64,000 bases of DNA from Candidatus Dojkabacteria bacterium (GTDB lineage Bacteria; Patescibacteriota; Dojkabacteria; J137): the NCBI GenBank assembly GCA_025999215.1, contig AP024679.1, positions 779,916 through 843,915 on the forward strand. The letters run 5' to 3'. Below, piece after piece: positions 39,872 to 49,342 of the stretch. Within the stretch, counting starts at the first letter, position 1; each line of letters begins with the position of its first letter. The position numbers were made by a program, and so were the translations under genes. The notes beneath the pieces were generated by a model that worked only from the letters and a program-made list of their open reading frames with translations, searched no databases and was not told the origin of the DNA.

Positions 39872-40432
39872 TTATTTATTCGCTTTACTAGTATCAGAAC
39901 CTGTTTTTTTCACACTCTTTTTGCTAACATCTTTCTTACTCTTTGTGCTTGTTTTAACTTTTTTCTTAGCTTCAGATTTCTTTTCTTTCTTAACTTTGAC
40001 TGTACTGGTTGACTCTTTTTTACTCTTTTCACTTTTATCGTTTTCTTTTTTCTCAGCCTGCTTATTATCAACTTCTTTTTGTGATAAAGCCTGAGCATCA
40101 CTACCCCCCAACACAATGCTTAGATGAGAAGTTGGACGTTTAAAAGGTTTATAAGAACCTCTACCACCTGCTTTATACCTTTTTAAAACAATACCCTTAT
40201 CAACCCTTATTTCAACAATCTTAAGCTTACTTGCGTCTAAACCATAATTATTTGTAGCATTTGCAACAGCACTTTTAACTAGTTTATAAAAATCTTTTGC
40301 TGCTTTTTTATACATAAATGGTAATATTTCAAGAGCTTCTAGAGCATTCATACCCCGCAAAATATCTGCGATAATCTTCGCTTTTTGCGGTGAAACTCTT
40401 ACAAATTTTGCTTTAGCACTTACTTTTTCCAT
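39872..40432 (-). CDS. rplV: 50S ribosomal protein L22 with an approximately 75-aa lysine-rich C-terminal tail
   Basis: Core L22 about 110 aa, then KKENDKSEKSKKESTSTVKVKKEKKSEAKKKVKTSTKSKK... Confidence 0.85.
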   Translation of the reverse strand: MEKVSAKAKFVRVSPQKAKIIADILRGMNALEALEILPFMYKKAAKDFYKLVKSAVANATNNYGLDASKLKIVEIRVDKGIVLKRYKAGGRGSYKPFKRPTSHLSIVLGGSDAQALSQKEVDNKQAEKKENDKSEKSKKESTSTVKVKKEKKSEAKKKVKTSTKSKKDVSKKSVKKTGSDTSKANK

Positions 40433-40433
40433 A

Positions 40434-40733
40434 TTATACTCTTCCTGTTGAACCTAACGCTCTGGCTATTTTCCCCTTCTTACTGTGACCTTTAAAAATC
40501 CTTGTCGGAGAAAATTCACCGAGTTTATGTCCAACCATAGACTCAGTAACAAATACTTTATTAAAATATTTTCCGTTGTGCACTTCAAACGTCATACCAA
40601 CCATTTCTGGTGTGATGGTGCACGCTCTAGCCCATGTTTTTATAGGTTTAGTGTTTCCATCTGCTTTTGCTTTTAAAACCTTATTTAAAAGCTTTTGATC
40701 AACATATGGTCCTTTTTTACTACTTCTGCTCAT
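40434..40733 (-). CDS. rpsS: 30S ribosomal protein S19
   Basis: [12 protein letters not shown]. Confidence 0.9.
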   Translation of the reverse strand: MSRSSKKGPYVDQKLLNKVLKAKADGNTKPIKTWARACTITPEMVGMTFEVHNGKYFNKVFVTESMVGHKLGEFSPTRIFKGHSKKGKIARALGSTGRV

Positions 40734-40742
40734 TTTTTAAAA

Positions 40743-41606
40743 TTAAATTATAGTTTTATATTTTTTAAATTTATTCTTTTCAGGTCTTCTCTTGATAATA
40801 TACTTACTGGTTGGTTTCTTATGTCTTCTTGTTCTCTTACCTTGTTTGACACCAGAATAACTAGTTGCTGGTCCTCCTGTTCCATGTCTTCCACCTTTAC
40901 CTTGTCCACCACCATGAGGGTGACCTAGTGACATTGCAACACCTCGAACCGTTGGTCTCACTCCTTTCAACCTATTTCTTCCTGCTTTTCCTAACTTAAC
41001 ATTTTTTTGATCAATATTACTTACAATGCCAATAGTTGCAATACAATCTTCTTTAACTAATCTATACTCACCACTAGGCATTTTCAATTGAACATAACCT
41101 TTATCCCCTCCCATCACTTGTGCGTTAGTTCCTGCTGATCTTGCAATTATAGCACCACTTCCAGGCCTCAATTCAATAGCATGAACAAACATACCTTGAG
41201 GTATTTTCTTTAATGGCATAGCATTTCCAGTCTTAATAGGAACTTCTAAACCACTAACAACACTATCACCAACATTTAATCCATCAGGTGCAAGAATATA
41301 CCTCCTTTCACCATCTTCATACTTTAACAAAGCGATGAAAGCAGTTCTGTTAGGATCATACTCAATAGCTTCAACTACCGCTGGTATATCAAACTTATCT
41401 CTCTTAAAATCAATAACTCTGTATTTTTTCTTAACTCCTCCACCTTTGTGCCTTGTAGTTATTTTACCTTGATTATTTCTTCCGTTATTTCTTTTAACCT
41501 GAATAGTTAAAGATTTTTCAGGGTCTTTTTTAGATAAAACACTTCTGTCTATCAAAACTGTGTTTCTTTGTCCTGGTGTTGTGGGTTTTAATACTTTTAG
41601 TGCCAT
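40743..41606 (-). CDS. rplB: 50S ribosomal protein L2
   Basis: 287 aa; GGGQGKGGRH. Confidence 0.9.
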   Translation of the reverse strand: MALKVLKPTTPGQRNTVLIDRSVLSKKDPEKSLTIQVKRNNGRNNQGKITTRHKGGGVKKKYRVIDFKRDKFDIPAVVEAIEYDPNRTAFIALLKYEDGERRYILAPDGLNVGDSVVSGLEVPIKTGNAMPLKKIPQGMFVHAIELRPGSGAIIARSAGTNAQVMGGDKGYVQLKMPSGEYRLVKEDCIATIGIVSNIDQKNVKLGKAGRNRLKGVRPTVRGVAMSLGHPHGGGQGKGGRHGTGGPATSYSGVKQGKRTRRHKKPTSKYIIKRRPEKNKFKKYKTII

Positions 41607-41887
41607 TATTGATTAAAAATATCTATTTTGTCTCCATCTTTAAGTTTAAATACCATTATTTTAGATGAACTCTTTCTTGAAACTTTACCAGTTCGCCTAT
41701 TTCTAACAGGCTTACCTAATCTTGTATGTGTCCAACCCTTAACTACTTTAACACCATACAAATTCTCAAGAGCTCTTTTTGCTTGATAGTAATTAGTGTT
41801 CAACGCCACTTCAAAAGTAACCTTGTTTTGGTCTTTATACAAGCTCAAACTTTTTTCAGTAATTATTGGTTTCTTTATGATGATCAT
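41606..41887 (-). CDS. rplW: 50S ribosomal protein L23
   Basis: 93 aa; position. Confidence 0.8.
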   Translation of the reverse strand: MIIIKKPIITEKSLSLYKDQNKVTFEVALNTNYYQAKRALENLYGVKVVKGWTHTRLGKPVRNRRTGKVSRKSSSKIMVFKLKDGDKIDIFNQ

Positions 41888-41892
41888 AAACT

Positions 41893-42531
41893 TTAACTTA
41901 ATTTTTCTTGTAAATACGAAATAGCCTCTTTTTCTATCAAAAGCATTCCTGCGTTCAACACATAATAAGGATTTAAATCCTTAACATATACTACAGACAC
42001 ACCTGGTAAATTATTCGCTCCCTTGATTAATTTTTCATTTAGCTCATTTGTAACCAAAGTATACTTATGATTTTGCTCTTGATTATCAAAGTTACTTAAA
42101 ATATTACTAACTGCTTTGGTTAAAGCCTTATCTGCATCAACACTCAAACTTTCCATTACTCTTACAGAATCTCTATCAAAAACTTTACTTAATGAATGTC
42201 TAAAAGCAACTTTTTTAAATTTTTTATTTAAAGACTTCTTCCAGTTAACAGTGTTTCTTGGTCCGAAAGCAACTCCACCACCTCTCCAGATTGGGTTTTG
42301 TTTGGTTCCGACTCGAGCTCTTCCTGTACCCTTTTGTCTCCAAGGCTTTCTTCCTGATCCAGCAACTTCTGATCTATCCTTGGTATGTGCGTTACCTTGC
42401 CTTTGATTTGAAAGATAAACATAAACATACTGAGATAGAATTGAATCATCAACTTCAGTATCAAAGATACCATCATCTAAAGTAAGCTCACCTACTTCTT
42501 TCGCTTTTTGATCGTATACTTTTACTTTCAT
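41893..42531 (-). CDS. rplD: 50S ribosomal protein L4
   Basis: 212 aa; position. Confidence 0.85.
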   Translation of the reverse strand: MKVKVYDQKAKEVGELTLDDGIFDTEVDDSILSQYVYVYLSNQRQGNAHTKDRSEVAGSGRKPWRQKGTGRARVGTKQNPIWRGGGVAFGPRNTVNWKKSLNKKFKKVAFRHSLSKVFDRDSVRVMESLSVDADKALTKAVSNILSNFDNQEQNHKYTLVTNELNEKLIKGANNLPGVSVVYVKDLNPYYVLNAGMLLIEKEAISYLQEKLS

Positions 42532-43151
42532 TCTTTACTGTGTATTAATACATAAGAACCGTTGAAGCCTGGCACAGGACCTCTGACTGCAATAATTCCA
42601 CTATCATCGACTACACTTTCTATAACTACTCCACTCAATGTAACTTGCTCAAACCCAGATCTTCCAGCCATTTTTTTTCCTTTTAAAACTCTACCTGGAG
42701 TCGTTCCTGAACCAATTGATCCAGGAGCTCTTTCTCTATCTGATTGACCATGTGTTCTTTTTCCACCTTTAAAATTCCACCTCTTCATTACTCCTGTAAA
42801 ACCTTTACCTTTCGATTTTCCTGTTACTTTAACTACGTCACCAACATTAAATACACTTGCCTTAAGTTGAGCTCCTTCTTCAACACCTTCACTATCATGT
42901 ACTTTTACAGCAACTTTAAACTTTGGCACAAAACCTAATTTCTTATAATTCCCCAAGTCAACTTTTCGAGGTTTCTTTTGTCGATCTTTACCTATCTCTA
43001 CATGAGTTACCTGATCACCATTTTTCAAAATCTTTGATACATAATTTTCTGTAACCTCCAAAAGGGTCACAGGAATCATACTTCCATCATCTTTAAAGAC
43101 TTGTGTCATTCCTATTTTTTTTCCAATTAGGGCTTTCATATTTAAACTCAA
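42528..43151 (-). CDS. rplC: 50S ribosomal protein L3
   Basis: 207 aa; ATGA overlap with rplD. Confidence 0.85.
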   Translation of the reverse strand: MSLNMKALIGKKIGMTQVFKDDGSMIPVTLLEVTENYVSKILKNGDQVTHVEIGKDRQKKPRKVDLGNYKKLGFVPKFKVAVKVHDSEGVEEGAQLKASVFNVGDVVKVTGKSKGKGFTGVMKRWNFKGGKRTHGQSDRERAPGSIGSGTTPGRVLKGKKMAGRSGFEQVTLSGVVIESVVDDSGIIAVRGPVPGFNGSYVLIHSKE

Positions 43152-43152
43152 A

Positions 43153-43452
43153 TTACTTAATTACAATATCAACACCAGCAGGTAACTGGATATGAGTTAG
43201 TGCTTCAATAGTCTTACTATTTGGTTCTACAATATCAATTAGCCTTGAGTGCACGACCATACCAAAATGCTCTTTAGATTTGGCATCAATGTGAGGTGAT
43301 CTATGCACTGCGACTTTCCAAACTCGGTTTGGAAGTGGCACAGGTCCCTTCACTTTTGCGCCTGTATCTATCACAGTTCGAGCAATCTGAGCTGTTGCTT
43401 TGTCAACAACTCTATGGTCATATCCTCTGATTTTAACTCTAATTTTTTGCAT
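43153..43452 (-). CDS. rpsJ: 30S ribosomal protein S10
   Basis: MQKIRVKIRGYDHRVVD. Confidence 0.9.
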   Translation of the reverse strand: MQKIRVKIRGYDHRVVDKATAQIARTVIDTGAKVKGPVPLPNRVWKVAVHRSPHIDAKSKEHFGMVVHSRLIDIVEPNSKTIEALTHIQLPAGVDIVIK

Positions 43453-43483
43453 ACCAAATAAAGATCTTAACTAAAATTTAGTC

Positions 43484-44677
43484 TTACTCAATAATTTGAG
43501 TAATCATACCTGCTCCTACGGTAATTCCACCTTCTCTAACAGCAAATGTCATTTGCTCTTCTAGAGCAGCTGGAACCATAAGTTCAACAGTTACCTCTAC
43601 ATTATCGCCTGGCATTACCATTTGGACAGATTCATCTAAGATAATTGTACCAGTGATGTCAGCTGTTCTGATGAAGAACTGTGGTTTGTATCCAGACTGG
43701 AAACCACTCTTTCTACCACCCTCATCTTGCGACAACACATACAATTGTGCTTTGAATTTTGTATGAGGCTTAATACTTCCTTTAGCCGCCAAAACCTGTC
43801 CTCTTCTGATCTCGTCTCTTTTAATTCCTCTTAATAACAATCCAACATTATCTCCAGCTTGACCTTGATCAAGAGATTTTTTAAACATCTCTACTCCTGT
43901 AACAGTAACTTGTTTAATTTCTTTATCAAGACCAACTTGATCCAATACATCATTTACTTTTACGACACCTCTCTCAATTCTTCCAGTAGCTACAGTACCT
44001 CTACCTTCAATAGAAAACACATCTTCTACTGGCATCAAGAATGGTTTATCTAATTCTCTTTGCGGTTCTGGTATTGTTTCATCTAATGCTTTTAACAATT
44101 CTGCAATTGTTTCATCACCATCTTTAATACCTTCAACTCCATACTTTGCGCTTCCAACAACAAAAGGAACTTTTTCAGCATCATATCCATATTTTTTTAG
44201 AGTATCTTTCACATCTTCTTTAATCAACTCTAACATTTCTGGATCTAAATCATCTTGAAATCTATTAATGAAAACTACAATGTGCTTAACACCTACCTGC
44301 TTTGCAAGTAAGATGTGTTCTCTGGTTTGTGGCATAGGACCATCTTGAGATGATACAACCAAAATTGCACCATCCATTTGTGCAGCACCAGTAATCATGT
44401 TTTTAATGTAGTCTTTGTGACCTGGACAGTCAATGTGAGCATAGTGCCTATTTTCTGACTCATATTCTACATGAGCAGAGGAAACAGTAACGATTTTGTC
44501 TGACCCTGCTCTAGCAATACCTCCTTTAGCAATATCAGAATATGATTTTCCTGAATTTTGCCAACCTTTTCTTTGAGAATAAGCAACTAATGCTGCTGTT
44601 AATGTAGTTTTACCATGGTCAATGTGTCCGAGTGTACCTACATTAACATGTGGTTTTGTTCTTGAGAATTCTGCCAT
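43484..44677 (-). CDS. tuf: Elongation factor Tu
   Basis: [20 protein letters not shown] motifs. Confidence 0.95.
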   Translation of the reverse strand: MAEFSRTKPHVNVGTLGHIDHGKTTLTAALVAYSQRKGWQNSGKSYSDIAKGGIARAGSDKIVTVSSAHVEYESENRHYAHIDCPGHKDYIKNMITGAAQMDGAILVVSSQDGPMPQTREHILLAKQVGVKHIVVFINRFQDDLDPEMLELIKEDVKDTLKKYGYDAEKVPFVVGSAKYGVEGIKDGDETIAELLKALDETIPEPQRELDKPFLMPVEDVFSIEGRGTVATGRIERGVVKVNDVLDQVGLDKEIKQVTVTGVEMFKKSLDQGQAGDNVGLLLRGIKRDEIRRGQVLAAKGSIKPHTKFKAQLYVLSQDEGGRKSGFQSGYKPQFFIRTADITGTIILDESVQMVMPGDNVEVTVELMVPAALEEQMTFAVREGGITVGAGMITQIIE

Positions 44678-44981
44678 AATATTTCTTAATAATAATTAAA
44701 CTAAAATATTTAATAACTGAAGTGAAAAATTATAGCACCTCAGATTAAAGCTTCATAGTATTTTGTGATTACTTTAAACTTCAAACAATTATTACAGCCT
44801 TTTTATCAAAAATCAAGTAACTGCGAACAATTCTTAACACTTTCAAAAGCAATCCCTTAGAGGATAGCATTATTTTTTTTTCTTTTCAATATTTTTTACC
44901 AAAAATTTTTTCAAACTTTTAATTTACATCAAAAGGTTAAATCAGATAAATAATTTTCTCTATCTAATCTTAAAACCAATT

Positions 44982-46184
44982 TCAAACAAATGTATAAACA
45001 CCATCCTCAAATATAACTTTTTTATCCCCGTCTTTGAAATATGCCGTAATTTTTCTATCCTTGGTTGATATTATATCAGTGTGAATAACTGAATCATTGT
45101 AGCCAAGTTCCTCCCATTCTTCGTCGGAAGTTTTAGTTTTATCTCCACTGTAACAGTCATGATAACTCATTCCTAATGCGATATGCGTGTTTCCATAGTC
45201 TCCTCCAAAATTTTCATCATAAAGGGTTTCTGCCATGAACCTATCAATTCTTGAAAATCTTTTGTCTGTCATAGAAAACTCACCAACCTTGTCAGCATTT
45301 TTTTGCTTTATCATTTCTAACAATACTTTTTCATTTTTGGTTGCGCTAGCTTTACTGACTCGCCCATTTTTAAATTCCAATTTAATACCTTCTATTAAAT
45401 TTCCATATCTATAAAGAGGTTGATCAAAGGAAATTGTACCTTCAGTGCCTCGCCAATCAGGTGAAGTAAAAATCTCAAAACTAGGAATGTTTCTACCACT
45501 TCCGCCATTCCAAGCTCGTTTTTCACCCAAAGTAATCCATAAATCAGTACCCTCAGACTCAATGTGCAATTTTGATATTGGCATTTGATTTAGGATATTT
45601 TTGGCTTCTTCAATTTTACTCATTACGCTCTTCCATTCACTTATTGGGTCATCATAATCCAAAAAGCAAGCTTTAATAACCTGATCCCAAGATTCCTTGA
45701 GACTCAACCCTGCTTCTTTTGCTTGACCCTCTGTTGGATAAAGCCCAAGAGTCCATGTAAACTTACCTTCATCTTCTTTTTTATTTATCCAATCTCGGAA
45801 AGGTTTATTGCTTTGTGCTTTTTTCATAATCTTAGCTGGATCAACATCCTCAAGATAATGCGGATCTTCTTCCCCAATAAGTCTGACATAGTGATCAATT
45901 GTGTCTGTTAAGGATTTAGTGAAATCCCTTGGGAAAAAGTTAAGTTGAGATTCATTAGCATCTTGATAAAATAATTTTTCAAAATCTTCATCAGTAAATT
46001 TCATAATTACATGACCATTTGATTTCAAAATTGCTCTATAAATCTCTAATGCAAGTGGCTTTGAAAAGTATGGGACCACCAAATAAACAACATCTCCAGG
46101 CTTAATTCCATTACCGTCGTTTAAAGCAAAATTAATTAAAATTTTTGCATATTTTTCTAAAATATCTTTCTGTGGTGTATACAT
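44982..46184 (-). CDS. M29-family aminopeptidase (AmpS/PepS-like)
   Basis: 400 aa; the N-terminal region resembles thermophilic aminopeptidases. Confidence 0.65.
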   Translation of the reverse strand: MYTPQKDILEKYAKILINFALNDGNGIKPGDVVYLVVPYFSKPLALEIYRAILKSNGHVIMKFTDEDFEKLFYQDANESQLNFFPRDFTKSLTDTIDHYVRLIGEEDPHYLEDVDPAKIMKKAQSNKPFRDWINKKEDEGKFTWTLGLYPTEGQAKEAGLSLKESWDQVIKACFLDYDDPISEWKSVMSKIEEAKNILNQMPISKLHIESEGTDLWITLGEKRAWNGGSGRNIPSFEIFTSPDWRGTEGTISFDQPLYRYGNLIEGIKLEFKNGRVSKASATKNEKVLLEMIKQKNADKVGEFSMTDKRFSRIDRFMAETLYDENFGGDYGNTHIALGMSYHDCYSGDKTKTSDEEWEELGYNDSVIHTDIISTKDRKITAYFKDGDKKVIFEDGVYTFV

Positions 46185-46206
46185 AAAAAAGATTTAAAAA
46201 TTAAAA

Positions 46207-47334
46207 TTATTGTATTGAATTTAGCCAATCAAAAAAGTTTTGACCACTTTCTATGTATTGTTTAGCATTTTCAACACCAATATATCTCCAATGCCATGGT
46301 TCGAACTGATACATACTTTGATTTTGATCTAAAGTTAATACAAAACCATATTTGTAAGCATTGTTGCTTAACCACTTGCCAATTTCAGTTTCTAAAAAAT
46401 TTTGGCTAAAAATATCATTGCCAGTATCAGGGCTATAAAAATCTACGGTTGTGCCTAGTTGATGCTCGCTAAAGCCTGGACGGGCAGAAATTTTATCAGC
46501 TTCATCTTGCCCGTATTTACTAACATTAGACGCATAAGTTTGCACTTGATTGTTAAAAGACCTATAAGCTGACAAAACCGTCAAAGTTTTGCCTGTTTGG
46601 TTTTGTGCATCTAAAATCATTGTACGCAAAGCCTCGCCCGCATCTTTTCTTATTAAAATATCTGGAGTATTTGCATAAAGCAATAAATCAGTGCTTACAT
46701 TTAACAAATCTCCTGGATCATAGTCATCAACTAATTTATGATTTTTATCAACTTGAACCAAAAGATCTGTTGACTCTGCAACCACATATTGAGCATTTTC
46801 CCAATCTTCAATGTAGCTAGCGCCAAAAGGAATAACTCCTTGTACCCTTTTCACCTTAAGCTCAAAACTTTGCTCTGCAAAGGAAGGAATTTCTATATCC
46901 ACATCACCAGGTACATTTTGATAAGCTTCATCAAGTAACTTAAATCTCAAAGTAGATTCTCCAATACCTATGTTATTAAATTCTAAAACATAGTAATAGA
47001 TATTTTCGCGATTCTTTACAAAAAACAACTGTTGTCGATCATTTGGCTCAAGCAATATTGGTTTGTTAGACTTAATTGTAATTGCTGTTTGAGATTCATA
47101 AATTTCTCTGAGAGAATCGTTGAAAGATATCTCTAAAATTCGATCATCCCCTATTTGAAAAGATTTTTCATTTTGCCCTCTTGTTTGGTCTTTCACCCAA
47201 TTCGAAAATTCCTCAAAAGTCATAAGACCCAGAAAATTTGAAATGGTTGCAACAATTGCGACTGACACACCCACAAAGAAAACAATGAAGAAAATAAACC
47301 CAAAAAATTTTCTTAAAAATTTCATTAATTTCAT
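46207..47334 (-). CDS. Membrane-anchored M15B (VanY-like) D-Ala-D-Ala carboxypeptidase
   Basis: SAYRSFNNQ and SEHQLGTTVDF motifs; N-terminal TM. Confidence 0.7.
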   Translation of the reverse strand: MKLMKFLRKFFGFIFFIVFFVGVSVAIVATISNFLGLMTFEEFSNWVKDQTRGQNEKSFQIGDDRILEISFNDSLREIYESQTAITIKSNKPILLEPNDRQQLFFVKNRENIYYYVLEFNNIGIGESTLRFKLLDEAYQNVPGDVDIEIPSFAEQSFELKVKRVQGVIPFGASYIEDWENAQYVVAESTDLLVQVDKNHKLVDDYDPGDLLNVSTDLLLYANTPDILIRKDAGEALRTMILDAQNQTGKTLTVLSAYRSFNNQVQTYASNVSKYGQDEADKISARPGFSEHQLGTTVDFYSPDTGNDIFSQNFLETEIGKWLSNNAYKYGFVLTLDQNQSMYQFEPWHWRYIGVENAKQYIESGQNFFDWLNSIQ

Positions 47335-47354
47335 TTTAACCTTACTTTAATTTA

Positions 47355-48206
47355 CTATAAATCAACAGCCATTTCCAGTGTGAAGTTTCCAATAGCTTTT
47401 CGCTCAAGCTTGTTTAAAAAAACAAATGTTCCAAGCTCATTGGCTAGATCTTTGGCAAACTGCCTTACATAAGTTCCTTTTGAACATGAAAATTCTACAT
47501 CAATAAAATTTACAGGCATTATTTTTTCTAAATTTCTACAATTCTCCTCATTATAGAAATTACCAAAAATCTCTTTTGGTTCATCATATTTCCCATAACT
47601 CAGAACTTTTATATCATAAATTTTCACAGGCCTTTTAGGTAAATTTAATTTTTCACGAAATTTACCATCTAGACTATAAAATAAAACTTCTTTCTTTTCA
47701 CTATCACCAACAATTTCAAAATGTGAGTATGTTCTAGCTAGTTTTCTTAACTTTTTACCGTTTACCTTTACAGAACTAAAAACAGGAACAAATTGATCGT
47801 ATCCACCCGAAAATTTAAGTATCGCTTTTTTTACTTTATCAAAATTAAAATCAAACTTTTTGGCATTTAAGATTTTGCCTTCTACATCTCCAGAATCTGT
47901 ATCTATTCCAAATACTATCCTTGTTTTATAAGTTTTGTCTAATTCCAAAAACTGATTTGATAATGAAGTAGCTTTACCAATCAGCATAATCATCAAACCT
48001 GTAGCAAAAGGATCTAACGCACCGGCGTGACCTACCTTTTTGGTTTGGTATTTTTCTCTAAGTTTATTGACCAGATCATGAGACGTAATATTTACTGGCT
48101 TATTTAAAAGTAAAATTCCGCTTGCTCTACCAAAATCATCAATTTTAACTTCATTTATTTTAAAATTTTTCATACGCAATTCTAACACATTTTTATTTAC
48201 ACTCAT
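47355..48206 (-). CDS. truB: tRNA pseudouridine(55) synthase TruB
   Basis: GHAGALDPFATGLM. Confidence 0.85.
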   Translation of the reverse strand: MSVNKNVLELRMKNFKINEVKIDDFGRASGILLLNKPVNITSHDLVNKLREKYQTKKVGHAGALDPFATGLMIMLIGKATSLSNQFLELDKTYKTRIVFGIDTDSGDVEGKILNAKKFDFNFDKVKKAILKFSGGYDQFVPVFSSVKVNGKKLRKLARTYSHFEIVGDSEKKEVLFYSLDGKFREKLNLPKRPVKIYDIKVLSYGKYDEPKEIFGNFYNEENCRNLEKIMPVNFIDVEFSCSKGTYVRQFAKDLANELGTFVFLNKLERKAIGNFTLEMAVDL

Positions 48207-48246
48207 TTATTAATTTGTTAAAATCCGCGCGTATAAGTTTTAAATT

Positions 48247-48621
48247 ATGGACCCAAAAGCAATTTTGAAATTTAATCAAGAAGAAGAAGCAAAGAAACGC
48301 GCCTTAATGCAAAGCATAGGGATGAGAATTAAGGAAGCTAGAATAGACAAGCGGATTTCACAGCTTCAGTTGGGTGTGAGGCTTGGTGTAACAGATAAGA
48401 CCATCAGCGGATACGAATCAGGAAGAATTGCTCCTCCAATTGACAAGTTGATTAAAATGGCTGAAATTTTTAAAAAACCAATTACTTATTTTTTAGGTGC
48501 TGAAGCTTTTGAAGAGAATATACCTCATAGACTAAAAGCTCTTGAAATGGTTTTAAAAGATATAAAGCAAGAAATTGCAAATTTAAAGAATGTTTATAAA
48601 AATAGCAACAAAAAAAATTAA
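48247..48621 (+). CDS. XRE-family HTH transcriptional regulator
   Basis: ISQLQLGVRLGVTDKTISGYESGR. Confidence 0.65.
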   Translation: MDPKAILKFNQEEEAKKRALMQSIGMRIKEARIDKRISQLQLGVRLGVTDKTISGYESGRIAPPIDKLIKMAEIFKKPITYFLGAEAFEENIPHRLKALEMVLKDIKQEIANLKNVYKNSNKKN

Positions 48622-48676
48622 AAATTGTTGCAATTAAGTTTTATTCTGATATAATTTTAGAGTTTATTGTATAAAA

Positions 48677-49132
48677 ATGAATAACAAAGTTATAGAATTT
48701 GAAACACAAAATGCCAAAAGTGTTCCGCAAGTTCAAATTGGAGATACCGTTGTGGTTCACACAATAATAAGAGATGGCAACAAAACCAGAATTCAAAAGT
48801 TCAAGGGCTTAATAATTGCTATGTCAGGAAAAGGTGTATCAAAAACATTCACTGTAAGAAAAATTAGCTACGGTGTGGGAGTAGAAAAGATATTTCCGCT
48901 TTACTCCACAAATATTGAAAAAATTGAAATTTTGAAACACGCTAAAGTAAGAAGATCTAAACTATACTTTCTTCGAAACCGTGTAGGAAAAAAAGCTATG
49001 AAGCTTAAAAAAGGAGATGTAGTAGAACCACATGAAAATGTAGTTAGTGAGCCATCAAATGAAGAGGTTAAGGAAGTTGAAAATCAAGCAGAAGAAGTTA
49101 CCGAAGAAGCTCAACAAAATACCAACAGCTAA
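48677..49132 (+). CDS. rplS: 50S ribosomal protein L19 with an acidic C-terminal extension
   Basis: FTVRKISYGVGVEKIFPLYS...; acidic tail. Confidence 0.85.
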   Translation: MNNKVIEFETQNAKSVPQVQIGDTVVVHTIIRDGNKTRIQKFKGLIIAMSGKGVSKTFTVRKISYGVGVEKIFPLYSTNIEKIEILKHAKVRRSKLYFLRNRVGKKAMKLKKGDVVEPHENVVSEPSNEEVKEVENQAEEVTEEAQQNTNS

Positions 49133-49289
49133 AAATTAATTTTTCCTAACAATTTAAGTTTACTATTTAGATAAGTATTTCTTTAATCTTTTCAAAGAGA
49201 TTGTTAAAACTTTGTGATTTGTAAATTGAATATTTAGTTTTAAACATTGTGTCGTCAATTTTAAATCAATAAACTAAGAAATTCCAAAA

Positions 49290-49318
49290 TTGTAAAAGTA
49301 CTAAAATATTGGTAACAT
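49290..49318 (+). promoter_or_regulatory. Putative sigma70-like promoter of surface-protein gene A: TTGTAA, a 17-bp spacer, then an extended -10 TGgTAACAT
   Basis: Pattern match about 25 nt upstream of ATG 49343. The same TGGTAACAT also occurs at 51740..51748 in front of rnhB. Confidence 0.3.
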
Positions 49319-49342
49319 ATCGTGAAGTTAAAGTAGTTAATA

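Noticed and set aside
39910-40116. 68-aa basic ORF on the minus strand overlapping the rplV tail in another frame
   Set aside because: It is a frame shadow of the lysine-rich (AAG/AAA-rich) L22 extension.
44678-44981. A 300-bp intergenic region upstream of tuf inspected for tRNAs, tmRNA or a riboswitch
   Set aside because: No cloverleaf or T-arm (GTTCGAATC-like) signature and no convincing hairpin. It is probably just the tuf promoter and the downstream end of the aminopeptidase gene.
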